In this document: piece by piece, positions 26,741 through 40,760 of the stretch
How the letters are laid out: each line of letters opens with the position of its first letter
How positions within the stretch are numbered: the stretch's first letter is position 1
Assembly: GCA_043228905.1 (NCBI GenBank)
Contig: JBHGNT010000005.1
Span: 18,104,001 to 18,168,000 of the forward strand
From: Azolla caroliniana
Taxonomy: Eukaryota > Plantae > Polypodiophyta
Length of the DNA: 64,000 bases
Direction of reading: 5' to 3'
Notes under the pieces: generated by a model
Told to the model about the DNA's origin: nothing
The model's database searches: none
What the model saw: only the letters and a program-made list of their open reading frames with translations
Translations under genes and position numbers: made by a program

Positions 26741-27761
26741 TGTCGTGAAGATCCGTCACTAGGCGCGGATCGTGAGGAGGAACCGTTGGGGTTCTGGACC
26801 GTAAGGATTCGAAGTCGGTACAAGCTTTAGTGAGGAAGTATTTAAGATAGATTGGGAAAGAGAGAAGTTGAGATTAAACGATTGAGAGAGATTGATTGAA
26901 ATTTTATCTTTAGATTTAAGAAACAAGTTACACGATCAATTCGATAACGAATTTTCTTCTTCTTAATTTCATAACCAAAAGAGCCTAACCCTTCTTTTAT
27001 AGATGGTCTCATGCATATGATGCATGTGAGGGTACAAGACATGCATAAAATGCATGTTTGCCATTTGGCGGTCATGTATTACATGTGGTGCATGTTAACC
27101 ATGTCACTCATTTTAGCTCTCATGTATGAGAATTTCCATGTAAAAGTACAATGATAGAAATTTAAATTTAACTAAATGTCATGGCTTAGTGGTAAGCTTA
27201 ATGACTCTTAACTAGGAGGTGCAAGGTTCAAATCCTCACTTGCCCTCCTTGTGTATATATATGTGATATATATATTTATTTATTAATTTGGTCGCTGGAT
27301 GATGCTGGTTCACCGGATGCCGATACCGCCGGATCACCGGCTCCGTCGGATGCCGATACCGGGGGATTACCAATCATCGGTTACCATCCAGTTCCGTTTT
27401 GGTTGGCCAAAACCTTTATGAGTGGCTAGGCCACCTCTAGTCTTAGTTCAAGTTACCTTAAACTCTCTATGCTCAACATATAGACACAAAGCTTTTGCTC
27501 TACCTTATATATGATGAGAGTCGTATTTGTCGTGCCTATGTGGGATATCTCACAGTTTTCTCTTTTCCTTTCACAAACTTTATACCCTCATATCTTGACA
27601 TCTAGTTGTCCGTTTCTCGTGTAACAAAGTGCATTCGAAAGCTCTTGAAGACCTCCATCATTTTGTACTTAGATACTTCACTGTTATTGTTTTATGTGAT
27701 TCATACTCGATATTGTATATTTTATGTGATTTTCACACCATTGCCGAAAATCTTCACGACA
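26741..27761. mobile_element. Solo LTR with 4-bp TSD ACGC
   Basis: Inverted termini tgtcgtgaaga/tcttcacgaca; ACGC on both sides; splits the host LTR. Confidence 0.88.
27178..27245 (+). other. tRNA-like Pol III module inside solo LTR
   Basis: A box TGGCTTAGTGG (27182-27192), B box GGTTCAAATCC (27225-27235); acceptor stem degenerate. Confidence 0.55.
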
Positions 27762-28608
27762 ACGCGAGCAGGGGAAGCGCCTTCCGGTGATCTCTCGTAG
27801 GACTCCTCGTCCAGTCTTCTCTCAGTTGCCTTTCTCCTCTCTTGATTACTTTTCCCCAAAAAAATCACCCCCTTGTAAACAGTCAAAGGTCGCCCCCGTT
27901 ATAGCACAAGTGGCGACCGTTACAAGGCATTCATGACTTGTCGCTTTCCCTTCCTAGATTCTCCCCCCTAATTCACTCTCCTCGTAACTCTCCCTACTTA
28001 CGCGATGTCTGAATCCCTATTAATGCCTTAACTACCTAGTACACCTCCCTCCACCTATGCCTAGTACTTACACTGTTTAATTCACTAGGGATGTGCACTC
28101 GTGCACACTAGTGCTCCCGCGCGTTTCACCTTGTGTCTACCCATGGCCCGAAATCTTCATGACAACGTTTCGGTTCGTTGTATGTTGTGTGTCTTGACGC
28201 ATATATTTGGTGTTGTTGTATTTCTATGTATGCCTCAAGCACACTATCACAATTGCATTTTTTGTATTGATATTTCATTTTTACCTCTTGGGATAAACTA
28301 GCTGCTTTTTTACATCCAACTGAGGTGAGTTGATGCGATTCCCGTGAACAATTTATTTTCTGGATTTAATACACATACAAGACTTTTCAAAAAATATTTG
28401 TATGATTTCCTAGTTTATATGCTTGACATTCAGATGCTATAAAATGTGATTTCTGGAAGAAAAATGTAAAGGAAAGGAGAAGAAAAGAAAAGGTGTCAAT
28501 AGTCTGTGTAAAGGAATTGAAGAATCAGATGCGATTTTGTGCATTGAAACAGTTGTGTGTGTCTGTGTCTCTGAGAGAGAGAGAGAGAGGGAGAGAGAGA
28601 GTCCAAAT

Positions 28609-28800
28609 GGATTTAGCTGAGTTGGTAAGGTTGCCCAATGGAGACCAGGTGGTCATGGGTTCAACCCCTACATTCCACAATGGCATCTAGTGAAATAGAA
28701 ATATATATGAAGTATATAATAGAGAGGTGAGAAAATTGGGTTTCGAACCCAAGCCACAGTGTTTGTAGTGTTATCAACTTATCACTAGGGTAAGCTAATT
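28609..28800. other. Two convergent tRNA-derived (SINE-head-like) remnants
   Basis: tagctgagttgg...ggttcaaccc on + and ...gggttcgaaaccc on -. Confidence 0.4.
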
Positions 28801-28814
28801 ACGATAAAAAGAGA

Positions 28815-30540
28815 GAGAGAACACATTGTATACAGAAAAACAACAAAATTGTATTGACAAGAGAATAAAACAACCAACCAATACAAAGAGGAGGAGAAGG
28901 TGAGAAGGTGCTTATGTAGCCACCTTCTCTCTATATTCTCCTACTACCACCGCCTCTTAGGAAAGAGGTGGGGACTTAACTACCTACTAAATATGTGTCA
29001 TAGGACTTACTTCTATGACACTTAGTTATGATACAAGGAGGTGGGATGTTCACACACTTGGGTATTCCTAAGGTGTGTTCCCACATTAGGGAAGTTGAGT
29101 TTCATTCTCAACACGCCCCTTCAAAAGCAACTTTCGGTTGCTGGATAGTCGGCTTGGGTCTGAATTGGTCTTCGGGTCGGCTTAGGTAGTCGGCTCCGTC
29201 TTCAGCTGTGAATAACTAACTCACTCTGCTCTGTCCGACTTCATGTCAAGTGGAGGCTCCTTATTCCCCGTCAAGCTCAGTTGGTTGGCAATCGAGAGAC
29301 CTAGATCTATTGTGAACTACCACAACTTGTCGACTCCTAGGGCCTTTGTGAAGATGTCAGTTGATTGCAGATGGGTGCAGCTAATATGCTGCAGGTCGAT
29401 ATCTTTGACCAGGACACATTCTCAGATGAAATGATAATGCACCTCAATGTGCTTAGTCTGAGCGTGAAATATTGAGTTCCGAGCTAGATGAATATTGCTC
29501 ATGTTGTCATAGTAGAGGAGGATTCGATCTTTAGTGGAAACGTCCAAATCCTTGAGAATCCTTTTAAGCCACACAACTTCACATGTTGCCATGGTTGCGC
29601 CCTGGTATTCTGCCTCTATGCGCGACAGTGTGGCTGTCGGTTGCTTCTTACTACTCCATGATACAGCTCCGCTACCAAGGGAGAAGACGAATCCTAATGT
29701 TGATCGTTTTTCGGATTTGTTGCCGGCCTAGTTGGCATCGGTATACCCTTCAAATTGAATTAGTGTGGCCGATTTGTAGAGGATGTCCTAATCCATCGTC
29801 CCACTTAGATACCTTAGCACTTGCTTAGCGCAATCCACATGAATGTTTCAAGGTGTCTGCATAAACTGGCTAAAGAGGCCGATCGGATACAACCAAATAT
29901 CCTAACGTGGGATAAGTGGACCGACTTCTTTCCATGGAACTTCTCGTGAGGGGTTACGTTGTGCACGAATTCATTAGATAGACGGTCGTGTTTGCCGCTT
30001 CAGCCCAGTACAATTTCGGAATTTTTTTCTCATTCATCATTTTGCTCTTGCCACCTCGAGTATATGCTGATTTTTTCGTCCGGCTACTCCGCTTTGTTGA
30101 AGTGTGTGTTGGTGGGTAAACTCCGGGCGAATTCCTTCTTGTCAAAGGTATGATGTAAAGGCGTCAGAGAAGTACTCTTTGCCTCTGTCCAATCGAAGGC
30201 ACCGTACATGTCGACCGGTTGCCTTTTCAACTTCATTTTTTAGCTTCTAGAAGTGTGTGAACACTTCACTCTTTTGCCGCATAGGAACGATCCAGGTGTG
30301 CCTGGAGAAGTCGTTGATGAAATTCACATAATATCAGCATCCGCCGAATGTTGTTGCTTGGGCTAGTATCCACCCATCTTAATGTATTACATCCAGGATC
30401 CCAAGTTTGCTTACGTTCCTCTCCTTCGGGAATTGTTGTCGATGTTGTTTGTCGAATTGGTAAGCTTCACATAAACCTGCAATCTCCTTCTTACTAAAAG
30501 TCAGGAGTCCAATGACAACTCCTTTCGCATGCATTCCTTT
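28815..30540 (-). mobile_element. Truncated Copia fragment (LTR, PPT, RNase H and integrase remnants)
   Basis: LTR ending ctcaaca near 29113, similar to 60478-60766; KHIEVHY, DIFTK and YWAEAANT motifs. Confidence 0.75.
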
Positions 30541-33500
30541 GGATAGGTATATAAGTTAATAGAAAATGAGGGTTTTTCTATGCCCGCCAAAATATTTTTA
30601 TGTGTTTTCTTTTTCTATGTTGTCTTCTGTGTGTTGTTCTCCATTTTTCTGTGTAGAAAACAACTGCTTGTCCGATTCTTGTTACTCCTCCAACAGTGGT
30701 ATCAGAGCGAAAAGGACTACGTGCAAGACATTGTCTGTGGTAGAAATCATTCGGTTTCTCTGTCTTTGCCCCTTTGCGTATGTTGTTTTTCAAGAACTCG
30801 TCGAACAGAGGTAATATCTAGTACTTGCTGCTGTTACAACTCATTTTCACTCTTTTATGAGCCATTTTTTGCTCTGGAACACACCATTCAAGACATGTTT
30901 TTCCCTCTTTTTTAACCTAGAGATAGTAGAAACAACAAACACGCATGTACTATTTTTTGGTTGTCATAAACAAAGACTGTTTCTAGTATATAAAAGAGAG
31001 GATCTGCATGCTAAATGCTTGCTCACCTGAGGTTGCATTTTAGTGGCATTCCATTTACCTTTGGCTGAAATACGAGTGACTCGACACTGTTCTTAGGTGA
31101 ACCCACATAGCTCTTGTTTTTTTGGGGGGGCTAGTTACACATACATACCTTTGAACATGGTGATAGTTGTACTTGAGACCTACAAGTCAGTAGTGTCCCA
31201 ACTATCATTAGGTGCTTAGAGTTGCAATTGACTAGGTTTACTTACCACCCAATGGATTCTGAAATGTCTGAGGTTCCGAGTACCTCACGCAGTGGTTCCT
31301 TTAATTCCCATAGAAATCACTCTATGAGTGGAAAAGACTACCTTGAGATCCGTAAATTTCACGGAACCAACTTCGCCTTATGGAAGAATCAGATGCGAGA
31401 TGTTCTGATTCAAAGAAGGTAATTAAGTCCATTAGGTGGCGAAGCCAAGAGACCTGAGGGCATGACCAAGGACGATTGGGAAGAGTTCAATCTCTTGGCA
31501 ATGTCTACCATAAGATTTCACCTAGCTGACAATGTATACTTCACGGTGTTGTGATGATAACGCTTCACGATGTCAAAACAATGTCAAAAATCTATAGAAA
31601 CACATTTTCCATCTAGAGCTTGTGACGAGGGGCATGTAGGATTTCCGGTTCGTGAATCGGAGTTCAGAAGCCCAAGATATAGCCTTCGGAAAGATTAATG
31701 TTACCTTCAAGTTCACTTAGGACACAAATGTAATTATATAAAAAAGGGGGAGTTCGAAATTAAATGAGGGCGATTTTGTAATTGATCAATTGTAAAAGTA
31801 TAAAATAGAATTTGTAAATAAATCAATATAATAATAATAATAAAATAATAGTTGTCCTTGCAGAGGGTGGTTGGGTGGTTGACCCTCATATAAAAGCCAA
31901 CCTCATGGTGGCCAAAGAGAAGGAGAAGGGGAGAAGAGGAGAAGAGGAAGAAGAGAAAACGAGTGAAGAAGCTCACGTGGGTGTGGGATGCAGAGCTCGC
32001 CCAAGAAGATGGTGGCCTACATAAACCAAACAAAAGTTAAAGAAAAGAAAAGGGAAGCAAGAAAGGGAAGAAGTTGAAGTGTTGTGTCTCAAATGCCTCT
32101 TTGCAAATAAAAGGTTGTGAGTTCAAATCCTCTTAAAACAACTTCTTTTCTTTTGGTAAACAAATTTTGTAAGATAACTTTGGTGAAATAAAGAGAAAGA
32201 GAGTTAAGGTAATAGAGAAAAGGAAGAAGTTGAAGTGGTATGTCTCAAACACCATTTTGTAAATAAAGGTTGTGAGTTCAAGTTCTTTTAAAGCAACTTT
32301 CTTTTGGTAAACAAGTTTTGTAACATAAAAATAGTAAATATAAAAACAAAGAAAGCTAGATCAATACGAAAAGAAAAGTGTTGAAGTGGTTGATTTAGTA
32401 AGCTTTACTTCCAACAAAGGAGAGGAGTTGACTTCAAGTCTTGCGAAGTAACTTTTAGCAAATAAATATTGTAAGTGGGTTGTTTTACAAGTAAAATTCT
32501 TTTCGTCGCATCTATCTTGCCTTCTTGGATTCTTGTCCTCGCACCATCTACGATTACACCCTGTCATCCCGATCATCCCCCAGTCGCAGAACCTTGGCAG
32601 TTGCGACACAACCACAATCTTTACGACAACGGTCTTGGAGTGTGACTCAACCGAAATGTTATGGACTAAATTATGTAGTACATACAAAAAAGAGATTGCA
32701 TCAAATAAAGTTTATCTAATAAGAAAAATTTATGACCTTCGAATGAAGGAAAACGATAGTGTCACCTCTCATTTGAATGATTGTATGCACTATGGTCACA
32801 ATTACAAGCTCAGAAAATGACTATGCACGATGAGCTAAAAAGTGTATTTCTGTTATGCACTTTGCCTAGCTCATGGGACACATTTTGCACCACTATTAAC
32901 GTTAGTGAACCAAATGGGAAATTAATCTATAATGACTTATGTGGACCACTATTGGGTGAAGACATTCGTTGGAAATCTATGATTGCATCACATAATGGAG
33001 ATGCATATAATGTTTTATGACGTTGGTTCTCGCAAGAACCAACACTGTGGTAGGAGCCAAACGAGAAATAGTAGTGGAAATGATAGAGGTAGAAGAAAAT
33101 CTTGGAAGAAAAATATGGAGTGTCATTATTGTCATAAAAAGGGACACCTCAAGAAAGATTGTTATGCCCTAAAAAATAAGGAGAAAGATAATGCTAAATT
33201 CAAAGGTAATGGGCATGGAAGACATTCAAGTGGTCCCTCTTCCTCAGTAGAAATAGAGGAAGTAAATGCAACATGTAGTGAAACAGGCATCTTGGTCTTA
33301 AATGATATTAGCACACATGTTGAGGTGAATATGGTTTTTCCTCCATCACATACATGGTTGTTGGACTATGGTGCATCATTCCATGTGACTCCACATAGAG
33401 AGTGGTTCACATGTTATGAAGCCAAGTCACTTGGGAAAGTTAGACTTGGAGACTCACATCAGAAGTAGTGATGTTGTTGTCAGAAGTACTGTGGTCAGAA

Positions 33501-35832
33501 GTAGTGATGTTGTTTTTGATGTACTGTGGTCAGAAGACTATAAATGTAGAAAATGTATATTCCTTGGATATCGCTTATGGGACCCTGACACATGTACTGT
33601 AGTTAGAAGTAATGGTGTTTTTTATGAAAACAAAATGCATAAACAGTACATGAAGGACGTAGAAGTGAGAAAGGTTATGTTTAAGGATATTGTGCCTTCT
33701 GTTGATGTAAAACAAAAAAATCTTATTGATGTAGATGCTTCTACATGTGGTCAGTCAAAAAAACTATTATTGGTGAGCATGACGATGCCCAAAATGATGA
33801 TGCTCGGTACAGTGATGTGCAAAATGATGATTTTCAGCAAGAATATGCTCAGAATGATGTTTCTCATGCACAACCTGATGGTACGCAGGTTCAGGAATCT
33901 TTGAGGAGATCCACACGTGTCTCCAAAGCACCTAGTAAATTTGTTGATTATGTAATGCTATCAGATGTCGGCGAGCCTTCATGTTACAATGAAGCCATAT
34001 TTGTTCATGATCATGCTAAATGGAAACAAGTGATGTGAAATGAGTTGGACAGTATCCATAAGAATGGAACTTGGGATTTAGTGCCTTTGCCAAAAGGTAG
34101 GAAAGCACTACCATGTAAATGGGTGTATAAGTACAAATACACATCCGATAGTGTTCATCCCAAGTATAAAGCTTGCATTGTGGCAAAATGTTTCAAACAA
34201 GAGCAAGGACTCGATTTCAATGAAATCCTCTCTCCGGTAGTTAAGATGACTACGTTACGCATGATGCTTGCATTGGTTGCCAAAAATTATCTTGATTTAT
34301 TTCAAATGGATGTAAAAACAACTTTTTTGCATGGAGATCTCGTTGAAGAGATCTATATGGAGCAACCAGAGGGTTGTGAAGTTTATGGGTAAATGCCTTT
34401 GGTATGTAAACTTAAGAAAAGTTTATATGGTCTTAAGCAATCACCTCGAAAATGGTATAAAAAATTCGATGCTTTTATGAGGTCCCAAAGTTATGCTAGG
34501 AGTAATGAAGACTCATGCTTATATATGAAGAAATGTATAGATGACTCATATGTGATTTTGATACTCTATGTAGAGGACATGCTCATCGCCAAAGAACAAG
34601 GACGAGTTGTCCAAACTAAAGAAAAATATGAGTCAAACCTTCTATATGAAAAATTTGGGAAATGCTAAACACATCCTTGGAATGCGTATTACTCAGGATA
34701 GGAGTAATGAATGTATTTATTTGTCTCAATTTGAGTATGTATGCAAAATACTCAAGAGGTTTAATACGGAGAGTGCAAAGCCTTTGAGCACTCCATTATC
34801 TATGCATGTTAAATTGAGCAAAGATGAATGCCCCAAATCTGATCATGAAAAGGAGTTCATGAGTAAAATTCCATACCAGCCTGTTGTTGGTAGTCTTATG
34901 TACACTATGATAGCGACTAGGCCAGACATTGCATTTGCAATGGGAGTTGTGAGCAGATTTTTGTCGAACCCTGGTAAGAACCATTGGGATGCAGTTAAAA
35001 TGATATTAAGATATCTAAGTGGCACCAAGAATAAGTGTCTATGTTTAGGTGGCAGAAATGTATCCATTATATGATATACAGACTTTGATTATGTTGGTTG
35101 TTCTGACAGCAAAAAATCCACTTCGGGGTATATTTTTCAATTTATGGGAGGTGCCATATCCTGGACATCTCATCTCCGAGAATGTACTGCTCTGTCCACT
35201 ATAGAAGCAGTGTATGTTGCAACTAGCGAAGCATGCAAGGAAGCCGTGTGGCTGTCTAGATTAGCTTGTGACATGGGCATACCTAAACTTGTACCCATAT
35301 TGCTTTTTGATAGTCAAAGTGTCATTGCATTGGCGAAAAACCCAGTATAGCATGCAAAGACCAAGCACATTGGAGTGCGGTATCACTTCATCCGAGAATG
35401 CATAGTTGCTAGCTACATCAGTCTTGAGAAATTTGTTTCTCAAGAAAATGCTGTAGATGCATTGACCAAAGCTCTACCGCATGATGCGCTAGAGCATTGT
35501 TGTCACTTGATGGGAATTACTTAGCTCCTTAGGTTACACACTATTTTATGTATATTGTGTAAGGTATTCAGCAAGTAGGATGTGTAGGTCTTGTGCAATC
35601 ATCCCATCAACTTTGTTGATCCCTTGTTTGGCCTTTAGTGGGAGATTGATAAATAGTGAGAAAGGCCAAAAAGGTAAATTATCACTATTTATGAATAGGT
35701 ATATAAGTTAATAGAAAATGAGGGTTTTTCTATGCCCACCAAAATATTTTTCTGTGCTGTCTTTTGTGTGTTGTTCTCCATTTTTCTATGCAGAAAATAG
35801 CAGCTCGTCTGATTCTGTTTGCTCTTCCAACA
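30541..35832 (+). mobile_element. Degenerate Copia element (Copia C), 5' LTR truncated
   Basis: LTR copies 30541-30695 and 35647-35832, PBS 30697-30708, PPT agtgggagat; CHYCHKKGHLKKDC, WLLDYGASFH, QMDVKTTFLHG, KKSLYGLKQ; integrase largely deleted. Confidence 0.85.
31547..32628. mobile_element. Solo LTR with 4-bp TSD ACGG inserted in Copia C gag
   Basis: Termini tgttgtgatgat/atctttacgaca; ACGG at 31543-31546 and 32629-32632; gag resumes after it. Confidence 0.85.
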
Positions 35833-38800
35833 TTGCTATCGTAGTGCGCACTACATAGCTCATCTTTGAAGAGAGAAGGAAAAGAAGGAAGAAATCTACA
35901 TCGACATAATGAATACTCAAATGGGGAGAGCTCTCCCTAGCTAGAAGTTGGACAGAAACAACTTTGCATTTTGGGAGTACAAGATGCATCTTGGGAGTAC
36001 AAGGCAATTGGAGCACATTAAAGGAGCACAAGAAAATCAACCCGACCCAACAACTATTGAATACTCAACATGGGAGCAAGCCACAAGGCGAATGATATAT
36101 TGCTTGGAGACATATGTCCATGACCACATGCTTGGCTACATTCGAGAAGCCAAGACGCCGAAAAAAGTGTGCGAGAATCTAATGAAGATTTTTTTGGCTA
36201 ATACAATCGCAAGATAGCTTCAAGTCCGCCAAGAGTTGAACAATCTCCAACAAAGGGATATATCCATCACAAGCTAAAACTTGAAGATCAAGGAGCTTTG
36301 TGACTCACTCGGCTCGATAAGGGTCAAGGTGGAGGACGATGAGATGGTGCAAATATGCCTCGGGCCTCGCACCATGGTTTGGCGCAATGAGAACCGTTGT
36401 TCTACCAATTTCGGCAAGAAAACAGAAACAACCAAGGAACGTTTGGAACAAGGGGGAGCTTCCATGTCAATACAAGCTGAAAAAACTCGATTAAATGTGG
36501 ATATGGCGGCAAAATCGGCCACCACAAAGAAGAGTGACGAAAGAAGAAGCGTGAGTCGGCTTCCACAAGCCGACAACTAACCGATTATGCCACCAACTCC
36601 GACTATGACAACCATGGTGGAATGATCGTGATGCGACATAAAGCAAATTCTTTGTCGGCTTCTACTTTGACTAGTGTCTCCGGTCCGGAAGATGTATGGT
36701 TCGTCGACTCCGGTGCTTGGAACCATAAGACATCTCATCAAGTATGGTTTCGAGACTTACGAGAGCCGGATCGACCCGGCTATGTCGAAACTAGAGACGA
36801 CACTACTCATTTGATTCGGCATATCAACAATGTCTCATTCGGGAAAGACAACGAACAAACGTGCATCAAAAATGTCTTGCATGTACTGACCATAACAAAG
36901 AATTTGGTCTCGGTCGGCCAAATTGTTGAGCATGGGATGCAAGTTTGATTCAACCAAGGTGGTTGCTTCATCGAGAAGGAAGACCGACTAATTGCTTGTG
37001 GTTGAAGGGAAGGCCAAATGTTTATCCTTGAATCGAACGAGGTAAATTCGGCCATGTTTGCAAAGGGCCTCAAAGCTGACACTGGCATATAGCTATGGCA
37101 TAAAAGAATCGTCCATATCAATCTCAACAAACTCAAGCCGATGCAATCGAAAGGAGTTGTCATTGGACTTCCGATGTTCAAAGAGAAAGAGATTGAAGGT
37201 GTATGTGCAACCTGCCAATTCGGCAAGCAACATCGGCACTCGTTCCCTAAGGAGAGGAACATGGTCAAAGGCATATTGGATGTAATTCATTCCAACATAT
37301 GGGAATCAGCTCAGCTGGCAACATTCAGAGGATGTTGATACTATGTCACCTTTATCAACGACTTCTCCAGACATACATGGATCTTCCCCATGTGACAAAA
37401 TAGTGAAGTTTTCTCACACTTCCAAAAATTCAAGAGTGGAGTCAAAAAGGAAACAAGTCAGCATGTACGATGTATTCGGTCTGATGGAGGCAAGGAATAC
37501 TTCTCCGATGCATTCAAGACATACCTTCGACAAGAAGGAATCAAGTGAGAATTTTCATGTCAACATACACCACAACAGAACGGAGTTGTTGAATAGAAGA
37601 ATTGACACATCCTCAAAGTAGCATAGGCCATAATGAACGAAAAGAATCTACCAAAGTCATATTGGGCCAAAGTAACAAATACTGCCCTCTACCTCATGAA
37701 CCGGTGCACAACATCCGGAGTGCACGAGGTTAGCCCGCACGAAAAGTACTATGGAAAGAAGTCGGATCTGTCCCATGTTAGGATATTCGGCTCATTTGCA
37801 TCGTGCACATCCCCGACGAAAAGCGGCAAAAGCTAGATCCCAAGTCGGAGAAGTGTATCCTCATAGGGCACTCACTAGAGAAAAAGGGGTACAAGTGCTT
37901 CAACCCCTCTACTTGGAAGGTTCGTGTAAGTTGGGATGTCGTCTCTGACGAATCAGCTACATGGTACAAACTGGAGCCGACTCCTCCTGAATCATTTCCA
38001 GTCCACCTGAACTTGGCCAACCAAGAGATAGAAGACAAAGATCAATTGAGGCATATGTTCGAAGAAAGTTCAATCACAACCAGGCTCAATGGTCCACAAG
38101 AGCCCCCAAGCGACCAAAGTATATCTCGGCCAAGTCCGAGGATGGACAAAGGCAAGGCCAAAATGCCGAAATATGAAGATGATCAATTCGACGACAACGA
38201 ATCGAATTACTCACTCGACACTGAGTTCAGCGGCTTCGATGTACCCATCATGAGGTCACCAGGAGTTAAGAAAGCACTCACATCGGCAAATGAAAAACTC
38301 TGACGCTCCACCCATGAGAAGAGTCCAGTTAGCCGATTCGGTTACAACAACTATATGGCATATTGTTGAGCGGACAAGCTCAACCGGATCCGTATCGGCT
38401 GAATAAGCCAGAGCCGGATCAGTATCCGGAATGGAGAACCTGATAGGTATCCGGATCAGTATTCGGAACCAAGAGCCGGATCGGAGAGACGGATCGGAGA
38501 GACGGATCGGATTGTAACCGGTAGGCCGTTCGAGTTCTACAATCTTACCCTAGTACATTGGAAGATTCCTTGGAGTTAGTGGCAGTCGCTCGTATGAGCA
38601 TTGAAGTACTTTTCAGTACTTCTGTCAGTCCTTTTAAGCACTTGTATAAAAGTGCTCACTGAGCACATTGCATGTATAGAGTGTTATTATTTCAAAATTG
38701 AGTTTACTGTTCTACTCTCTCTGTCTCTCTCGTGTCAAGTTTCCATTAAACCTGTGTCTATATTCTTTAGCTATCTGGACGAGCCGGTTTGTCTTAGCTT

Positions 38801-40724
38801 CAGCAATCCCATTCTTTTACATGGTATCAGAGCGTGAGGGTTGAGAATCCTTTGTTGTCGACGAGTGACGCTCACAAACAAACCCTAACACCCAGTAAAG
38901 AACATGAAGGAAGGTATGGACAGAAGCATGGCGAGCTTGCTTCCAACAGAAAAGCTCGACCGGAGCAACTATGCGTCGTAGTCGTATAAAATGCACCAGT
39001 ACATGTTGGGTCATAAATACTTGAGCTACATGGAAGGAGCGAATGAAGAAGCACCGGATTTAACACAAGGACTTCCCAGTATGGGAGCAAGGAGCGAGCA
39101 GAGTGTTGTACTGCCTCGCATCCTGTGTGCACGACGAGATGCTTGGCTACATCAGAGATGCAAAATCACCAAAGGAGGCCTAGGAAAATCTCCGAAAGAT
39201 TATCGCCGCAAGTACCACGGCTCGGAAGTTGCAGCTCTAGCAAGAGCTCAACAGTATCCGACAACAGGACATATTGGTCCCCGACCACACCATCAAGATC
39301 AAGGAGATCTGCGACGTGCTCGGGTCCATCAAAGTGATGGTGGACGAGGACGAGAGTCAAAGCGGCGCTGGACACTGGCAGTGAAAGACCGAAACAGAAT
39401 GTTGGTATTGTGGCAAGAAAGACCACCGTGAGAGCGAGTGCTGGATGAAGCACGCCGATACGGATCAATCCTGATCCAGCAAGACTAGACAAGGGAACCG
39501 GTAGAGCTCGCACTACGCCGAAGGATCAAAAGGATTGGAACCGGAAAGACTGGAAAAGGGCCAGCCTTTGTGATGAAGCACAAAGCGAACTCAATGAAGA
39601 AGACCAATTCCGGATCGGAGGAAGTGTGCTACGTTGACTCGAGAACATCTAACCACATGATGAGCCACGAAGAGTGGTTCTCGTTTCTGGAAAAGTTGGA
39701 GCAACTGGGAGTTTTGAAAACCAGAGATGACACTCCTCACCCGATAGTGCATGTCGGAGAAGTCCCCTTTAGTCATGTCGGACAACAAGGGAAGCTTATG
39801 AACATGCGTCATGTCCCAATAATCACAAAGAACTTGGTATCGGCCGGGCAGATCGTCGACCAGGGAATGCAGGTGCGGTTTAAAAACCTCAGGTGCTTAA
39901 TTGAGGAACAAAGCCGGATCATCGCGCAAGGGCGCCGGTATGGGAGAATGTTTATCCTCGACACCAATGACATTGGCACCGTTTTGTTCAGAAAAGGACA
40001 GAAAGTCGAGTCGGATATCGACTTGTGGCATAAGCAGATCAACCACATCAAATATCAGAGGCTTCAAGACCTACAATCGAAACAAGTTGTTTTCGGATTG
40101 TCGAGATTCAGTGGCCAGAAGGCCCAAATATGTGAAGCCTGCCAACTCGGGAAGCAACACCGACTTCCATTCCCCGCTGACAGAAACCGGATCCGTAACA
40201 AGCTCGACTTGATACATTCAGATGTATGGGAACCGGCACAGAACGTTAGTCTTGGCGGGAGCTGATATTTTGTCTCCTTCATCGACGACTATAGCCGGCA
40301 CACATGGGTACCTCATAGAACTGATATTTCGTCTAGTGGGCCGAGGCGGTTCGGACGGTCGTCTACATCCAAAACTGGATTGGAGATAAGGTGTTAGCAC
40401 ACGAGCTATATTTCGGGCGGAAGCCGAACTTAAGGTACCTCAGGATATTCGGTTGCGTTGTATATGTGCATGTGTCGGATGAGAAACGGAGAAAGTTGGA
40501 TCCTAAGATAGAGAAGTGAATCTTGGTTGGTTACTCACATGAGCAGAAAGGGTTTAAGTGCTACAACCCCCGGACCAAGCAAGTAAGAGTAAGCCGAGAT
40601 GTCGAATTTGACGAGTCGGCATCCTGGTACTCGCTACCGACTCCAACCTCCGACTCCGTCTCTCAGCCAACAGTTGCTTGGTCGGCACTCGGATTATGTT
40701 TATGTTTTGTTCCCTTTCTCTTTT

Positions 40725-40760
40725 AACACGTTCGCGTTCACAAGTGGAAGGATTGCGCAT
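40725..40760 (+). repeat. Left terminal inverted repeat
   Basis: AACACGTTCGCGTTCACAAGTGGAAGGATTGCGCAT. Confidence 0.92.

Larger units (their letters stand above)
13384..28164 (-). mobile_element. Ty3/Gypsy LTR retrotransposon (outer, degenerate; Gypsy A) with two nested insertions
   Basis: LTRs 13384-14134 and 26365-28164 (the latter interrupted), 4-bp TSD ACGT, PBS-like tggtgaactcgac, PPT agtgggggtgga, gag/PR/RT/RH/INT remnants. Confidence 0.92.
26365..28164 (-). repeat. 5' LTR of Gypsy A, interrupted by a solo LTR
   Basis: Matches 13384-14134 once 26741-27761 is removed. Confidence 0.88.

Noticed and set aside
27178-27245. Functional tRNA gene
   Set aside because: A and B boxes are present but the acceptor and anticodon stems do not pair well.
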